Shown one piece after another: positions 33,455 through 43,697 of a stretch of 64,000 bases of DNA. Source of the DNA: Diplonema japonicum (taxonomy: Eukaryota; Protista; Euglenozoa: Diplonemea); assembly GCA_964019335.1 (NCBI GenBank), contig OZ025681.1:310001-374000 (forward strand), in the 5' to 3' direction. The notes under the pieces were generated by a model. That model was not told where the DNA came from. It did no database searches and saw only the letters and a program-made list of their open reading frames with translations. The translations under genes and the position numbers were made by a program. Within the stretch, counting starts at the first letter, position 1. Each line of letters begins with the position of its first letter.

Positions 33455-34137
33455 TCAGGTTTCACTTTATATCACGCCCAGACCTGGAAAATAAAGTATC
33501 TGATTTTTTTCCTCATGTTTTTAAGCCGAACGTTGCTGGGCGTGAAAATCAGGCACTTTATTTCACGCCCACAGTCATTTTCTAGCAAAATGGGAAGAAA
33601 ACCGAAGGCGACCGGGAAGCGAGCCAAGGGCATCGAGCCTCGAGAAAGAGGCCAAAACTGTGATGGAAGACACACTTCCAACGGCAAGCAAAATGGCCTA
33701 CAGGAAGGAGTGGGAGAGGTTTTGCACCTACCACTCGATCAAACCCAATAGAACACGGCCAACTGTTGAACAAACACAGCAGTCCCCTGCAACGCCCACT
33801 TCAGCCCTGCCCCTTCGACACAGCCCACTACTTCAGCAGTGCACAGGATCACGTTTGACATAAACGTCAACATCAATTCGCCGAATTGATCATACCAAAC
33901 CCAGTACCGTGTTCAGTAAAGAGTCGCATGGTGCCGCAAGCAGGCAGCAGCGAAGCCACACTCAGCACCCAAATTCTTTGCAAGAGCAGCTCATCATTAA
34001 ATAAAATGCAGTATTGAATAAAATCAGAGCATGATTTCACTTTGTGGGGTCCCCTTTTTTTGACTCGTTTTTTTTTACTTCACTACTTCCCACAAGTGAA
34101 ATCAGGCCATCTGATTTTCATTTAATAAATAGCTATT
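33455..34137 (+). mobile_element. Crypton-like relic with a fragment of a tyrosine-recombinase core-binding domain
   Basis: MEDTLPTASKMAYRKEWERFCTY resembles the N-terminal helices of Crypton/DIRS recombinases. It has internal inverted repeats (tcacgcccag/ctgggcgtga) and the family terminus aataaatagcta. Confidence 0.45.
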
Positions 34138-34409
34138 TTTTTTTTCTTCCTGTGTGGGTAATCGTAAAAAAGCGGATCGACCCAGTTGGAACCGACCTGG
34201 GAGCCACCCACCTGAAGCCTGTTCGGGAAGCCTCTAAGCCTCCAACTGAGTTTCCAGGTTATCACCCACCAGCAGTAACAAGTCATTGTTAATTTCTAAA
34301 GAATAAATAACCCCCCCCCCCCGTTTTACACTTTTTTTCTTCTTTTTTTTATTTTTCTTTTTTTTTTCCCGTAAACACTTTCTTTTCTTTAGAGGCAATC
34401 GGAGGGATG

Positions 34410-34453
<44 letters not shown>

Positions 34454-34763
34454 ATTCTTTTCGTGCGCGCGACTGTGCTGTTTTCTCTCATCACGGAACA
34501 CTACTTTTTTGTTTTCATCAAATTTTTCATGATTTCTTTCCACCCAAATCTTTTTGTGTGTTGTTTTAAGAGTCAAAACACCGCCCCACAGCATTTGACT
34601 TTTTTTTTTCTTATTCTTTTTTTTTTTTTTTTTTTTGCCGTGCCCAGAAAAAAAAAAAAAAAAAATGATGATTCCACATTATCATCTGGGGAGGGGAAAA
34701 GGGTGGGGAGGGGGAGGGAAAAAAAAAATCCAATTTCCGATTCAAAAAATACTCTCAAACTTT

Positions 34764-36479
34764 TCAAACCGCCTTGCCATATAAGTGCGACCAGTTACAC
34801 CTCTCAAATGCAGGACGGCACGTCTCGTTCTCCTTAATCCACGTGCAGAAAGCATCGGCCCCACAACGTTCCTTGTTTTCAATCTCCGAACAGCGTGCTT
34901 CCCGTTCTACCACAGCAAACGAGATAAGAGGTATCATCCGCGGAACAGGCGACAAGGTCTGTACCTCAGAATGCGAGACCTGCTTCCTAAAAGCCACCGT
35001 AGGTATCGTAGGATCCTCATGACTAAGGAAGATCAACGGGGAGCAGTACGTCATCGACCAACCTTCTTGAAGAAGAACCTCAATGAGCCCTCCATTCGCA
35101 GATGAAGGACAGTTTGAACACAAGTCGAGAATAATAAATAAATCACATATTTCACTGCAACATCCGAACTCGATCATTGTGTCTACTGGTACAGGGAGGT
35201 TGTTGGGGGTTACAAACTGCGCTCCGGTGAGCCACGATGGAACGTTGACTAGCTTCGAACCAACAATGCTAGGCCACAATTTCACACCGCTGTACACCTC
35301 ACGCTTTTTGGTGTCGAGTAGGTTTGTTCCAAATCGTAGGACAAGCCCGCATGTTGGCGGGCTTGGTGTTTCAGGAGGCGGTGGTTCCGGGGTAGGTTCC
35401 GGGGTCGGCATTGGTGTTTTCGGGGGCAACGTTCTCCTTTTCGGTGCCCTCGCTCTTTCCAACGCGCTTATCGCAATTTCAAGCGGGACATCCTGAACCT
35501 TCGGGGGCAGCACGTCAATCACCTCCAACATCCCCCTCGTCGCGAGCAACGCCGTGAACTCAATCACAACAACAGACCTCGCCGGTTCGAGCGTTTCTCT
35601 AAATCCCCATTTTCTCGGTTTCGCGGGATCTCGTACATCCACCACAAATAACCCTTTAACTGTCGCAACGTATAAATACCCTCTGAACCATACTACACTG
35701 TTCACTGTCGATTCGCAAGCAATGTCGGAAACATAAATCGGTGGTTCTCCGGTTTTTAAGAGATACATGAAAACGCGGTCGCCCGCACCGATGTACAAAA
35801 AGTCGCGGAAGCAGTCCAACGACCTTCCTTCAAGAGGATCGTCGTCGGTTCCCACAATTACTTTTGAGATGGGTGTCCACACCTTGGGCCGTGTGATGTC
35901 AAATGAGTAGATACGGCCTGCCTTGGTGATGGCGTGAAGCGTTCGTTCTACTATTACCGAAGAGACAACCTTGCCCTCGAGATTCATTTTCGTCAGGAAA
36001 AAGGGATGTGATACATCAGTGACGTCTGCAATAACCACCGACGACTGTGGTTTGGGTTCTGATGCGTGAAGGAACATATATGCGTAGTTTTTATATTTCG
36101 CGACGCATGTGGTGGCGCCTTCTTGTCTTCTCACTGTGAAGGTTTTCACCTTCTCTGGGATTTTGTCCTCGTTGATGGAGTAGATTACCATTCCGTCTTC
36201 GCCGGCTGCTACTAGTGCTACTTTTTCGTCGTGGTCTACCCACAGTCGATCGGCGTCTGTGTCGACCGTCCACTTGTTTTCTACTGCGGGCCTTACGGGA
36301 TGGTGGTCCATCTTTCCTAGTTTTAGTACCACGCCTCTTCGTTCGCCCAAGCCGTAGACCTTCCCCTTCGTTAGGCTGAGCATTGTTACTCCCAGATCCA
36401 AAGCGTTCAGCTTATCTAAGTATGCTGCCGTCGCCGCGGTCAAGGTGTAGCATAGTAAGATTGATTTTAATATTTTCAT
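34764..36479 (-). CDS. Secreted LVIVD-repeat beta-propeller protein with Pro-rich linker and Cys-rich C-terminal domain
   Basis: Signal peptide; repeats such as YLYVATVKGLFVVDVRDPAKP and VVIADVTDVSHP; PTPEPTPEPPPP linker. Confidence 0.8.
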   Translation of the reverse strand: MKILKSILLCYTLTAATAAYLDKLNALDLGVTMLSLTKGKVYGLGERRGVVLKLGKMDHHPVRPAVENKWTVDTDADRLWVDHDEKVALVAAGEDGMVIYSINEDKIPEKVKTFTVRRQEGATTCVAKYKNYAYMFLHASEPKPQSSVVIADVTDVSHPFFLTKMNLEGKVVSSVIVERTLHAITKAGRIYSFDITRPKVWTPISKVIVGTDDDPLEGRSLDCFRDFLYIGAGDRVFMYLLKTGEPPIYVSDIACESTVNSVVWFRGYLYVATVKGLFVVDVRDPAKPRKWGFRETLEPARSVVVIEFTALLATRGMLEVIDVLPPKVQDVPLEIAISALERARAPKRRTLPPKTPMPTPEPTPEPPPPETPSPPTCGLVLRFGTNLLDTKKREVYSGVKLWPSIVGSKLVNVPSWLTGAQFVTPNNLPVPVDTMIEFGCCSEICDLFIILDLCSNCPSSANGGLIEVLLQEGWSMTYCSPLIFLSHEDPTIPTVAFRKQVSHSEVQTLSPVPRMIPLISFAVVEREARCSEIENKERCGADAFCTWIKENETCRPAFERCNWSHLYGKAV

Positions 36480-36621
36480 TTTTTTTTTCTTTTTTTGTTG
36501 TTTTTTGTTTTTTTGGTCTCTCTCCAGGCCCCCCTGCCCTCCTCCCCTCCCCCGCCCCGCCCCCTGGTGGTTTTTGTTGTTTTTAAAAGAATCAATAAAG
36601 AAGAAATATTTAAAAAGAAAA

Positions 36622-37372
36622 ATAGCTATTTACTGCCAACAAGTAATGACTTTACCGTTACCTCGAGGTTCCGCATTTTACCGTCGAGGGCCCACAGGGC
36701 CCGAGATTGTAAAATGCGGAACCTCGAGGTCGGTAAAGCATTACTTGGCGGTAGGTAAGTGGTTTTATTTCACGACACTCTGAAATTACTTCACCACGAG
36801 GGGCACAACAGGGTGATAAGGGGTACAACAAGAGAGGGGTTACAAAGGTTACAATACAAGTTGTTTTTCCTCCTTTTGTTGACTAAGAGCTGCCGCTGTC
36901 GCTGGCATTGCCACTGTCACCATCTCTAATCAGGCCTTCCCATACCTAGCGCGGCCGCTGGCTCCTTTTTTTCTGCTGCTTCGGTATTTTGAAGTCATTT
37001 GGGGTGCTTGGGTAAGCTGACTAAGTTACCCTTACCCACAGAAGAGTACTGGGAACAAGGCCTAGCCAAAAGTGGGCAAATTGGGAGGAAAAAGTAGTCC
37101 AACTTGGAACTGAGCCGAGGCAAGAGTTGGCCAATTGAGCTGAACCTGGGGGGAAATAGCAAACTGAGAGGAAAAAGTAGCCCCACTGGGAACCGAACCG
37201 AGGCAAAAATTGGCCCACCGAGGCATATTATTTAACGGAAACCCCCTATTACTTCACGGAAAACAGGCCATTATTTCACCGTGAAGTAATGAGATTTAGC
37301 GTGAAGTAATGAGATTTAGCGTGAAGTAATGGGCCCCCCAGTGCGTGAAGTAATTTCTGAAGAGTGAAATAA
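36622..37372 (+). mobile_element. Non-autonomous hairpin-rich element (Crypton-like family), copy A
   Basis: Starts tagctatttactgccaacaag. It has a perfect 22-bp stem (36660-36681/36709-36730) and tandem gtgaagtaatgagatttagc repeats near 37281-37330. Confidence 0.65.
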
Positions 37373-37566
37373 AGAAAAAAAAAAGAACTCCACTTGACAG
37401 AACAAGCTCTATCCATTAATGCGTTTTCCTTTTTTTGAAGCATAGCGTTTCGTTTTTAGACTGCAGCGCCTTTCGGAGCCGTGTCACCTGACCCCTTTTG
37501 TTGGATGTCCTGCTCAGCTCCTCTGGCAGCGTCGGAAAACACTATCTCCTTTACTTGTGTAGATAT

Positions 37567-40500
37567 CTAAGGACTCCCTTCGATGAAAAACTTCGATGTA
37601 CCGACTGCTGAAAAAGGGGGCTGCAGCCTCAGCAGCATGAACGAACAGTGAGTGATGTCATCTGCCTCCTCTTTCTCCGACTTGTAGGAAGCGAAGCTGT
37701 CTTCGCTTTCAAAGCCACACATGTCGTCTCGGTCTTCCACCTTCTTTTCTTCCGCTGACGCATAGACGGTGAAGCATCGCAAATCACTCTTTTTGAGGGG
37801 TTCTGAAAACCTCATTTCGAACTTAGAGTATGTGTGGAGGATCCAAGCAACGTCAGTGGCATCCCTCGCAGCGTCGTGGGAGAGGAACACATAGACCCCG
37901 AACAAGCTGTCCTCCCCCTCTAAGAGATTCTCAAGCACGCTCTTCGGGTCGGATGATGATGCGAGCCGCTCTGCCGTCTCGACAGAGAGGACAACCTGTG
38001 CGAATCTTGTCGGGCGGTACCCCTCCCCAGAGCTGCTCCACACCTGGCACTCCAGGACCACCTCCGCGGTTCCTCCTCCTTCGCATCGCATCTCCCTTGT
38101 TGTGAGCAGTACAGGTTTTGGTTTTGTTGCTTCTTCATCAGCCGGCTGCCCGTACTCGCATAGCTGTTCTTGTGACACGGTGAGCGTGTGCCACCTTGGG
38201 ACGAATGAATACCGCCCTGCTGCCTTCTCCGGCTTCTCGAGGATCTCCAGCAGGTGCATCCCGTGGAAGTTCTTCGAGAAGAGCTCCGTCTTCCCCTGCG
38301 AGAAGTGGTGCCTCATTATCCTCATGCGTGTCTTGAAGGGCAGCGTGCTCCACAGCGACAGACTTCGCGCGTACGGGAACTCCCAAGGAGAGAACTTCCT
38401 GCACTCCACCAACAGTTTGCAGCCCGTCGGAAGGTCCGCCGCCACGAAATTGCTGTCTTCATCGTCCGCCTTCGGGACGTCGGGGGTCGTTGCGCTCGGA
38501 ACCACCTCCTGCAGGTACTTCTCTTCGTCAGGAGACCCTTCCATCATCCCGACTCCTATTGCAATGTGACCCATCGCGATTGCTGCCTGCACGCCCTCTA
38601 CTCTCGTGTCGTCGTCGTCGATATATTTCTCTGCAACCAGGGCCAACTCCCTTCCCCACTTGCACGCCTCCAGGAACGCCTTCCTCCCGTGCTTTTCAAG
38701 GACTTGCCTGTGCTTCTTCAGACCCGCCCCGCGGTCGGTGGGGTGCCGTATTGCTGCTTTGATCACGCCCTCCATGAAGTCCTTTCCGAAGTCCTCCTCC
38801 TTCTCTACGAGGCTCAGGCTCATCTCGGGGAAGAGCCTCTCCGCCTCCGGGAGGCCTAGCCACGACACGTAGCGAACGTAGAGCCCGCGGTGTTCACGGG
38901 GGATCTCCTTGTCCTGCACAAGGTGGAGGAAGATCGTCTTCGCCTTGCGCAGCGTCACATAAAAGAGTATGTTCTCCAGATGCGTCCCGTACTTGTGCGG
39001 GAGGTCGTCGTAGCCGATCGATTCTTCGGCGGGGAAGCACAACCTGAACAGCGGGAGGTGGTCGTGTGCAATGCTCTGGGATAGCAGCGATGTCTGGAAT
39101 CGTGCCATGCTCGCGATGTAGTGCCCGAGGTGCCTTGGCTCGATCTCTTCCTCCCTCCCTTCCAGGATCTTCGTGCACTTCTCCACAAGCCCATAGTGAT
39201 ACACCGCAGCTGTGGCAGGAGACCAATCAACCTCGGATACCCGTTCTGCTGTTTGCCATTGGTCCCCAGCTGCAGGACCTGCCACGATGCTCAACGGACC
39301 TTTTCTGACCGCTCTCATCAGTTCCACCGCTTTCGCGGGAGATCGGAGGTGGTAGGTGCAGAGCCAGGCGGCCCCCAAGCCGTCCCTTCGAACCGCAGCA
39401 AGGAACGGCGACCTGGTGTTCCCCACCCACATCGCTGTTTTCAGCATCCTCTTGCAAACAGAGGCGAGGGCAATCCACTCCCCCCTCTCCAGCCACTCGA
39501 ACACCTTCACCCAGCACTCCTCGTCGTTGGGCGTCCGCAGCTCAACCTCCCACTCCTTCATCAAGGGGCTCACCACAGTGCCTTCCCTTTGTCTAGACGT
39601 GTACACCTTCACCGAGCGTTCTGTTTCGGAGAAGAGGTTAGGATTTCCCCGGTTCAGCACCACCCCAGCCTGGGCACCGTGTTTCAAAATCATCTTCTTG
39701 CGCCCCTCCAAGGTCCCCTCCACAACACCCGCTCCGTTGTACTGTAGAGTGTCGATCCTCGAGGGCGACGGCCCTGCATAGAAATGGTACTTCAACATCT
39801 TCCTGATGAGTCTGTCGTGTCCGTGAGGGAGATATGTCGCTGCCGCCGCCAGTACCGGTTCCTTGCTGTGAGCAACTGCCATCAGAACTCTCGTGTCGGA
39901 GAAGAGAACCTGCAGGTGGGCCGCATCACGGTTCATGGCCACCTCTAGAACGGCTTTCTCGATATTTTTTGTATCGAGGTGGGCCAGCTCGCAGTGGTCC
40001 AAGCACACCTGTGCTGTGAAACCCGACCTCCGAAGCAGGTTGGGGACGCATTCCCGTGCAGAAGGGTCTGCCCACAGGACCAGCCGCTTCCCGGAGAGGA
40101 AGTCCAGGCATTGGGGGGAACCCTGCACACATGACACTTCCACGGGATTCTTTAGCACTCCCCGCTCTTGGAACCCCTTCACCACTTCCACACGATCGTG
40201 CCTTATCACCTCCCGCACCTCCTCAGTTGTTGGTCCAGGCAAGGACAACAGGAAGGTGTCGGAGCGGAGACGGGCACCCAACGAGACAGCCGTCAGTCCT
40301 ATGTAGTCCCTCGCCTCTGAATCGTGAGAGGCTACCTCCTCCGGTGTGGGAACGCTATCTTGCAAGGCATGGACGAAGAGCCCGTCTCGTCCTGTGCCTC
40401 CTGATATTGTGTCAACTTCTCCCGTCCTGATAACCACTGCCGGCCCGGTGTAGCTCTGGTGTCTCGGTCTCGTCTTACTCTTACTGTTACCATTTACACG

Positions 40501-43500
40501 TTCAGCTTGGCCATTTTCGTACATGCATGCCAGATGTTCATCATCCAAAAACACGTCTTTAGTGGGAAGCCACCTGCGCTCGGGAGCCGCTACGTCATGC
40601 AGGCATAAAGAATGTTCTTCCTCCACACTCACATCTCTCCAGCCCTTCCTGTGCTGGAACCAGAAAGGGGCCTGCACGCAGGACTCCATTATCACACGAG
40701 CATCTTTTAAAGACCAATTGAACTCCAACAACAAAGGGTGATGTACGACGTGCTTCGAGGTAGTTATATCAAGAACCTCTAATGTTGGGAGCTTCTCGCA
40801 TCCTTCTAAGAAGCCAGCACCTACCTTGCTCAGAGGAAGGTAATCGCCCACCGCTTGTTTGGCTTGCGGAAAGGTCACAACTTCGAGAGAGGTGCAGTCC
40901 CCCAGAAAGCAGTCACCTATGACGGTCACCTTGGCCAAGGGAGTCAGATCGATGACTTGGAGGGAGCTGCATTTTGACAAGAAACCACTCTCGATGGTGG
41001 TTATGTTGCAGAGGGGAGTCAAGCTTATGGTTTGGAGGGAGCTACACGAGGCCAAGAAGAACTCACCTACAGCAGTCAGGAACGACAAGGGGGACAGATC
41101 GATTGAGCGGAGGGAGCTGCAGTTGTCCAAAAAGCAGTCACCGATGCTGGTGACTCCCGAAAGAGGGGTCAAGTCGATGTCCTGCAAGGAGTTGCTGCCT
41201 GCAAGAAAACTCTTCCCGATCGAGGTCACTGTTGTAAAGCTGGATAAATCGATCCTTCCTACAGAACTACAACCTTCCATAAAACTGTCCTCTATGGCGG
41301 TGACCTTCGAGAATGAAATAGGTTCAATGGACAGGAGGGAACTACATCCTGCTAAAAAGCTCCCACGAACAATGGTCAGGTTGTCGAAGCACACAGACGT
41401 AGCTGACTCGAGTGAGGTGCACCTGAACATGAAATGCTCTCCGATGTCAGCCACGTTGTAGAAGGGTGTCAAGTCAACTGTCCGAAGGGCGCCGCAGAAT
41501 GACATAAAACTCTTGCCGACAACGGTCACTTTTGAAAAGGGAACCAAATCCACGGACTCGAGAGCGCTGCACCTCGACAAGAACCCGTTGCTAATACAGC
41601 CCACCTCGTAAAAAGGAGCAAGGGAAACAGCGTGCAGAGAGCTGCAGTTTGACATAAAAGATGATCCGACGCCTGTCACACACCCATCTCCCGTGAAGAC
41701 CACAGACTGCACCTCATGGCGGCCCCTCAAGAACCCATCCCCAATGCAAACAGGGGCGACAATCGAGACGCTCACATGCCGTATAATCGAGTCTGCGATA
41801 CTGTTCTCATCTTTCTCACCCTCTTCGTCATCCTCGGAAGCAGCCAAGAAGCCTTCCGCGATGTCTCCTCCAACTCCGTCGACTTTCACATACTTGAACT
41901 TCAGAACAAAGGGAACGTACTGCCTCTCGATTGTAACATTGCTCGCCCCCGTAAAGTCAATGACAAGGGTCTCTGCATTTCCCAAATCCAACCCTGCAAG
42001 CTGCTCAAGTTCGTCGTGTTGCACCACCATGTTGAGCTTTGATAGCAGCTCTTTCAGGCACCTCTTGATGGGACCAACATTGGCCAGTATCTTCAGCCTC
42101 TCCGAGTCCTCGATGCAGTCGGCTTTTACTACTTGTAGTACTTCAGAGTTGTGGTCGACAAGCCCCCCTTGGAAAGAGCAAGTGACTGTGAGGTAGTATG
42201 GGTTGTCGTCCAAGACGGAGTCAGTGCGGAACTCGGACATGGGGGGGAGGAGGAGCTCGGACTCCTTTTCGTATTTCGAGATCTTCTGCAAGGGAAGCCC
42301 CTGTTGAACCTTTCGGATCGTGAACAGAACCCCCCTCCCCCTCTTCTTGTTCTCGTCCCCTTTCACAGCATTCGCCGCGTCCCCCGAGATGTAGTCCCTG
42401 CTCACAGAGGGGTCGAAGGCACAGCTGGAGGGTGCTCCCCACCGGAACACGGCCCCCTTCTCCAGTTCCCCGTGGAAGGCCACCACATCCGGAGGAAGGT
42501 TCGCGAGCCCCCGCGCCAGCTCCAGTTCGTTTTCGGTGCTCTTCTTCCCGCTTCGGAACGGCTTCGAGGCCACGCGTGCTATCACCATGATGAAGTTTGC
42601 CCACCGGCGCAGAACAGCGAACTGCTCCTCGTCGAAGGGTGCCGTTCGGATGGCCCAGTTCACGGACGAGAAGATCGCCCCATTCCGCTTCTTCGAGTGC
42701 TCCGCCTCGTACGCCTCCCACCCTGCCTTGTCGCTCTCGTAGCTCTCGGGAATCCCTTCGAACGTCATCAGCCTGTCGATGTCCGGCCCCGCCATCGTGT
42801 ACAACCGCATCACCAAAAGTTCCACCCTCGTGCTCCCTTTGTAGTGCTCTCGAGAGGTCTTCCACAGCTGCGAGGTGGCGAGGGACAGGATCTGCAGCTT
42901 CTGCGACTCCGACACCCCAGCAGGCGCCACCAGGTTCTCCAGCAGCTCGTCCAGAATGGTCGACGACTTCTCTTGGTAGGCCTTCACAATCCACTCGTAA
43001 GTCTTCCCCTCCGGCGAGACATCCCCGATCCTTTTGTCCCTCAGAGGACTCGCTTCCCACAAGGGCAGCAACCCCGTTGCGATGGACTCTAGCTGGTCTT
43101 TCGACAGCGGGTTCGCGTTCAACTCCTCCCCCAAGCTGTCCATTCGCTGTTCCCATTCAATGAGCTTCCTCTTGCTGGCATAAGCACGGCTGCCACCTGC
43201 TTTCTTCCGGTCTGCTTCCCACTGTGCCACCCCTTTTAGCAGCAACGTTTCTTTTTTTTGAAGCTCTTGTTTTACAGTGTCAAGCGCCGTCTTCATCTCT
43301 TGTCTGATCTGTTCCCGCAGCAGGTCGGCAGCCAAGTTTACGCTCGCTTTGTCTCTCAGTTGTGCGCCAGCCGCATTCAACCCTTCACGAAACCCCTCCA
43401 GCCGTTCCACCGAGCTCCCAACTGCCGTGTACCCCGTATCATCTGCATTGTGATCTGGGTTCTCGCACTTAACACGAACCAGCCTCAGTTTCGTTGGGCA

Positions 43501-43518
43501 ATGCTGATCCCAACTCAT
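37567..43518 (-). CDS. ADP-ribosyltransferase (ARTC/R-S-E type)-LRR fusion protein, long form with F-box-like motif and helical/ankyrin-like C-terminal region
   Basis: LARG, WGAPSSC, GVLFTI and SKYEKESELLLPP are ART motifs. About twelve 24-aa LRRs (FLxxCSSLxxIDLxPLxxVTxIG) follow. PNDEECWVKVFEWL...LASVCKRM is F-box-like. Confidence 0.85.
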   Translation of the reverse strand: MSWDQHCPTKLRLVRVKCENPDHNADDTGYTAVGSSVERLEGFREGLNAAGAQLRDKASVNLAADLLREQIRQEMKTALDTVKQELQKKETLLLKGVAQWEADRKKAGGSRAYASKRKLIEWEQRMDSLGEELNANPLSKDQLESIATGLLPLWEASPLRDKRIGDVSPEGKTYEWIVKAYQEKSSTILDELLENLVAPAGVSESQKLQILSLATSQLWKTSREHYKGSTRVELLVMRLYTMAGPDIDRLMTFEGIPESYESDKAGWEAYEAEHSKKRNGAIFSSVNWAIRTAPFDEEQFAVLRRWANFIMVIARVASKPFRSGKKSTENELELARGLANLPPDVVAFHGELEKGAVFRWGAPSSCAFDPSVSRDYISGDAANAVKGDENKKRGRGVLFTIRKVQQGLPLQKISKYEKESELLLPPMSEFRTDSVLDDNPYYLTVTCSFQGGLVDHNSEVLQVVKADCIEDSERLKILANVGPIKRCLKELLSKLNMVVQHDELEQLAGLDLGNAETLVIDFTGASNVTIERQYVPFVLKFKYVKVDGVGGDIAEGFLAASEDDEEGEKDENSIADSIIRHVSVSIVAPVCIGDGFLRGRHEVQSVVFTGDGCVTGVGSSFMSNCSSLHAVSLAPFYEVGCISNGFLSRCSALESVDLVPFSKVTVVGKSFMSFCGALRTVDLTPFYNVADIGEHFMFRCTSLESATSVCFDNLTIVRGSFLAGCSSLLSIEPISFSKVTAIEDSFMEGCSSVGRIDLSSFTTVTSIGKSFLAGSNSLQDIDLTPLSGVTSIGDCFLDNCSSLRSIDLSPLSFLTAVGEFFLASCSSLQTISLTPLCNITTIESGFLSKCSSLQVIDLTPLAKVTVIGDCFLGDCTSLEVVTFPQAKQAVGDYLPLSKVGAGFLEGCEKLPTLEVLDITTSKHVVHHPLLLEFNWSLKDARVIMESCVQAPFWFQHRKGWRDVSVEEEHSLCLHDVAAPERRWLPTKDVFLDDEHLACMYENGQAERVNGNSKSKTRPRHQSYTGPAVVIRTGEVDTISGGTGRDGLFVHALQDSVPTPEEVASHDSEARDYIGLTAVSLGARLRSDTFLLSLPGPTTEEVREVIRHDRVEVVKGFQERGVLKNPVEVSCVQGSPQCLDFLSGKRLVLWADPSARECVPNLLRRSGFTAQVCLDHCELAHLDTKNIEKAVLEVAMNRDAAHLQVLFSDTRVLMAVAHSKEPVLAAAATYLPHGHDRLIRKMLKYHFYAGPSPSRIDTLQYNGAGVVEGTLEGRKKMILKHGAQAGVVLNRGNPNLFSETERSVKVYTSRQREGTVVSPLMKEWEVELRTPNDEECWVKVFEWLERGEWIALASVCKRMLKTAMWVGNTRSPFLAAVRRDGLGAAWLCTYHLRSPAKAVELMRAVRKGPLSIVAGPAAGDQWQTAERVSEVDWSPATAAVYHYGLVEKCTKILEGREEEIEPRHLGHYIASMARFQTSLLSQSIAHDHLPLFRLCFPAEESIGYDDLPHKYGTHLENILFYVTLRKAKTIFLHLVQDKEIPREHRGLYVRYVSWLGLPEAERLFPEMSLSLVEKEEDFGKDFMEGVIKAAIRHPTDRGAGLKKHRQVLEKHGRKAFLEACKWGRELALVAEKYIDDDDTRVEGVQAAIAMGHIAIGVGMMEGSPDEEKYLQEVVPSATTPDVPKADDEDSNFVAADLPTGCKLLVECRKFSPWEFPYARSLSLWSTLPFKTRMRIMRHHFSQGKTELFSKNFHGMHLLEILEKPEKAAGRYSFVPRWHTLTVSQEQLCEYGQPADEEATKPKPVLLTTREMRCEGGGTAEVVLECQVWSSSGEGYRPTRFAQVVLSVETAERLASSSDPKSVLENLLEGEDSLFGVYVFLSHDAARDATDVAWILHTYSKFEMRFSEPLKKSDLRCFTVYASAEEKKVEDRDDMCGFESEDSFASYKSEKEEADDITHCSFMLLRLQPPFSAVGTSKFFIEGSP

Positions 43519-43697
43519 TTAAACGTCCTGCGGTAGTGTGATGTGTCAATAAAGCAGTTTCAGTGTAATCAAAAAGATATTAGTTACTCAACAATCAAAA
43601 GGAAATAAGTACATAGTGCTCGAAAGAGACACTTAAACAGTTACGTTGACATGAACCTCGATGTACAGCCTGTCTGACAGCCGTGAAATGGGAAGCT

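Noticed and set aside
37281-37330. 20-bp direct repeats, and other short repeated motifs, as a CRISPR array
   Set aside because: Head-to-tail repeats without unique spacers, no cas genes, eukaryotic context.
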